From Euglena gracilis (lineage: Eukaryota): a DNA stretch of 64,000 bases. Location of the stretch: assembly GCA_039621445.1 (NCBI GenBank), contig CP154954.1, forward strand, positions 39,983,572 to 40,047,571, written 5' to 3'. The stretch's first letter is position 1. Each line of letters starts with the position of its first letter. The notes under the pieces were generated by a model. That model made no database searches. It had not been told where the DNA came from and worked only from the letters and a program-made list of their open reading frames with translations. A program made the position numbers and the translations under genes. Shown piece after piece: positions 61,409 to 64,000 of the stretch.

Positions 61409-64000
61409 CACGAACCCCAACACTCAACCCCCCCCCCCCAAACTTTAGCAACCCGTTCCTTAAATCCAGGTTTCAGCCAATCCGCCCCAATGGGTTGCTT
61501 AAATTTTGGGGTTTGCTCTAATTTGGGCTTCAGTCTCCGCGCCGAGGCACAGCTTAAACTCAGACCAAAACTTGTTCAAAGGAAGGGAGGAGGAGGTAGT
61601 TTCTTCAGAGTATGCAAACTGTATACAACAACATAACAGCGTCCCAAAAAAAACAACGGTGCAGACTCAACAAGTTTGATTAATTTCCCAAAAATTCGGC
61701 TATTGTTGTGAGCTTGCGTCGCTTTCATATATTCCTTCATTTCCCCTTCTTTTTACCTCAAGCTTGCTCAAATTTGGAATTTTCACTGATCCCGGGGGGG
61801 GGGGGGGTTGCTTAAATTATGTTGCTAAATTTGGGGGGGTTAAAGGGACTGGGGGCGAGCTCCCACAGGCAAGCACAAAATGTGTGCGCATTGAAATGAA
61901 ACTATGCAACACACACAAATGGTGTGCTATTTCAGGCGTTCATGACACACAATAGAAAGGGCCAGAACCTGTGCATCCTTGGGTTGCTGTGATATTTTCA
62001 ACCAGGGGGGGGGGTTGAGCTCTTGTATTTTTTCATATTTTTATATTTTATTCTTTGGCAACTTTGGCAATAACTTGGACATTTTTGTTCGCCAAAAAAA
62101 ATGTTCCTACTTGAAATTTTATTGAAAAGCGGTGGGACTTGAAAAAATGACTTGAAAATGCATTGGAAACATGAAAGAAATTGGCCCCAGGCACACTTGG
62201 GGAGGGGGCTTCATATTGGGGGAGTGGGAAAATAAAAAAAATTGTTCCCTCGACGTTACTTGTAAAAAATCTCAGACACAGTCGCATTAAACTCAGATTG
62301 AATGCTGCCAAAATGAAAGCAGGCCAACCCTGACACCCAGGGTTGTATGAGAAAGCCTGGGGGGGGGGTTCGGACAACCCCAACCAGAGAGTTTTTTAAC
62401 CCCGGGGGGGAGGGGTCCAGCTCAGAGGCTGGAAAATTTGGGCTGGCTGGAAAAAGGTTGTTGGCTCCGACCTGGGGTCCAACATCTCAAAAATGCCCCA
62501 AAAATGCCAATCATGCAAAAATCGATTTTTGACCCCAAATTTGTCCTGGCCAGCCCTTTTCCGACCTTTTCTTCCTCTGCTACGCCCTGGCCCCAACCCC
62601 ATCCTGGTGGGTTGGGGCCAGGGCGTAGCTAGCTTAGGAAGATTTGACCCCCCCCAGGGGGTCCAGCCAGCCAGCAGCCTTTTCCATCCCGGGACCCCCC
62701 TCCCCCCCTCAACGAAGTGTATTTAATTCCAACCGCCCGAACAATAACGGATTTTTCGCCTTAAGGGTGCAAAACCGGCCAAAAATATAGGGTTTTCAGG
62801 CTTCCCGTACAGTCTTAGGCGGCGCGAATTGCCCAACCGATTTTTGCGTTTTTTGGCGTTTTTTGGCTGTTTTGAAAACACCTAAAAGGGCCAAAGATTT
62901 GAGCTGAGAGGGGTGTGTGGCGGCTTTGGGCCAAAATTTAACAGAAGTGGTTTTGCGCGGTATTCCGCTTAGTCGATTTCCGATTGCGTGTGAGTTGTGT
63001 GATTTGGGAGTGTACTAGAACTGTTTGAAATGGCTCGAAAAACACCGACTTTGAACAGGTGTGACATGGGGCTGTGTGTCCATGGTTTATGTTAATAACA
63101 GTATTTGAGAGACGAGTGAACAATACAAGTGTGTGCGGATAACCGCGTAAAACGAAACAAGAGGTGACAAACAGCGGAGTTAAACGGTTGGGCGGTAATC
63201 CGCGCACAATGCACTTGTACGCGGATTACCACGTACAAGTGCAAACAAAGCATGGTGCGCGGATTACCGCGTACCATAACACAACCAGTTGATGACTGGT
63301 GGGAGGGAATCCGCCTGGTATGTGTGCATAGGTGTTGAGTGTAAGGCGACTGGGTGTAAGCGGGAATCCGTGTGGCCGGGTTAAGGGTGAGCAGAAAAAG
63401 CACAGCATTTGTGGACGATGGGATGGGGGGGGGAGATGGAAACCACCCTAGAAATGAAGTCTGCTGGTTTGTTGGCAAAGTTTTGCAACCCTACTTGTGA
63501 CACCAGTCACAGGCGTGAATCTTTGCAAAGGACACGGACGACAGACTTTGTTGCCAGGTCGCCAGGCAGTTTGCAACTGAATGGCGTCTGGCGTGTTGTG
63601 GTGAGTTTGAGGGGTGAAGGTTTATGGAAACCAGGGAGAGGAGATTGAATCAGCAGGGGTTGACCAACCGAGGAGAGACGGCCAGCCCTTAAACTTGGGC
63701 ACTCAGAGCAGGGGTGGTTTCCAAAAGGACCGGACACGCCTGTGCTGAGGGTGGTTACATGGATGGAAGCCAGATGTACCGGGCCAAACATCGACCCGGC
63801 GTTGGTTGAGAACGACCGCCTTCTCGTTTACCCCCCCTCCCACACGGCTTCTGACGGTGGAGACCACCGTTGCCTCCTCCGGAGGCATGTTGCCGACCCC
63901 AAAGGAAGAAGAGCCAGAAAAAAAGAGGTGGTTTGGGCATTTTGCCTGAAATTCAGCAAAAACTGCAGCTTTTCAAAGGAAAAATGCTGTAACACTGTTT

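Overview
This is repeat-rich eukaryotic nuclear DNA. The intron style suggests a euglenid (inference): canonical GT-AG introns are mixed with non-canonical introns whose ends base-pair as CAG...CTG stems. Main contents: (1) A nest of DIRS1-type tyrosine-recombinase retrotransposons at 7.4-18.4 kb. One copy (13719-18417, minus) is structurally complete, with ITRs, ICR, gag-like region, RT, RNase H, an NPPW adenine-methyltransferase domain and an overlapping tyrosine recombinase frame. (2) A long multi-exon, Pro/Gly-rich gene on the minus strand (about 20-44 kb, limits uncertain) with a CPNxxNxxHxCxxxC motif. (3) A multi-exon SLC25 mitochondrial-carrier gene on the minus strand (about 51.4-61.4 kb). 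(4) Several DNA-transposon-like elements: a 1.28-kb foldback, a TTAA-flanked TIR element carrying a CCCTAAGATT satellite, a 3.65-kb TIR element carrying about 13 GAAGCG-N6-CGCTTC palindromes, and MITE families. (5) Large microsatellites. The most striking signal is that several non-canonical introns look like CAGGG-ended TIR elements flanked by 8-bp target-site duplications, spliced so that exactly one TSD copy (3+5 nt) is removed. All coordinates were read by eye. Many frameshifts fall in homopolymers and may be sequencing errors. Most ORFs in the supplied track are spurious.
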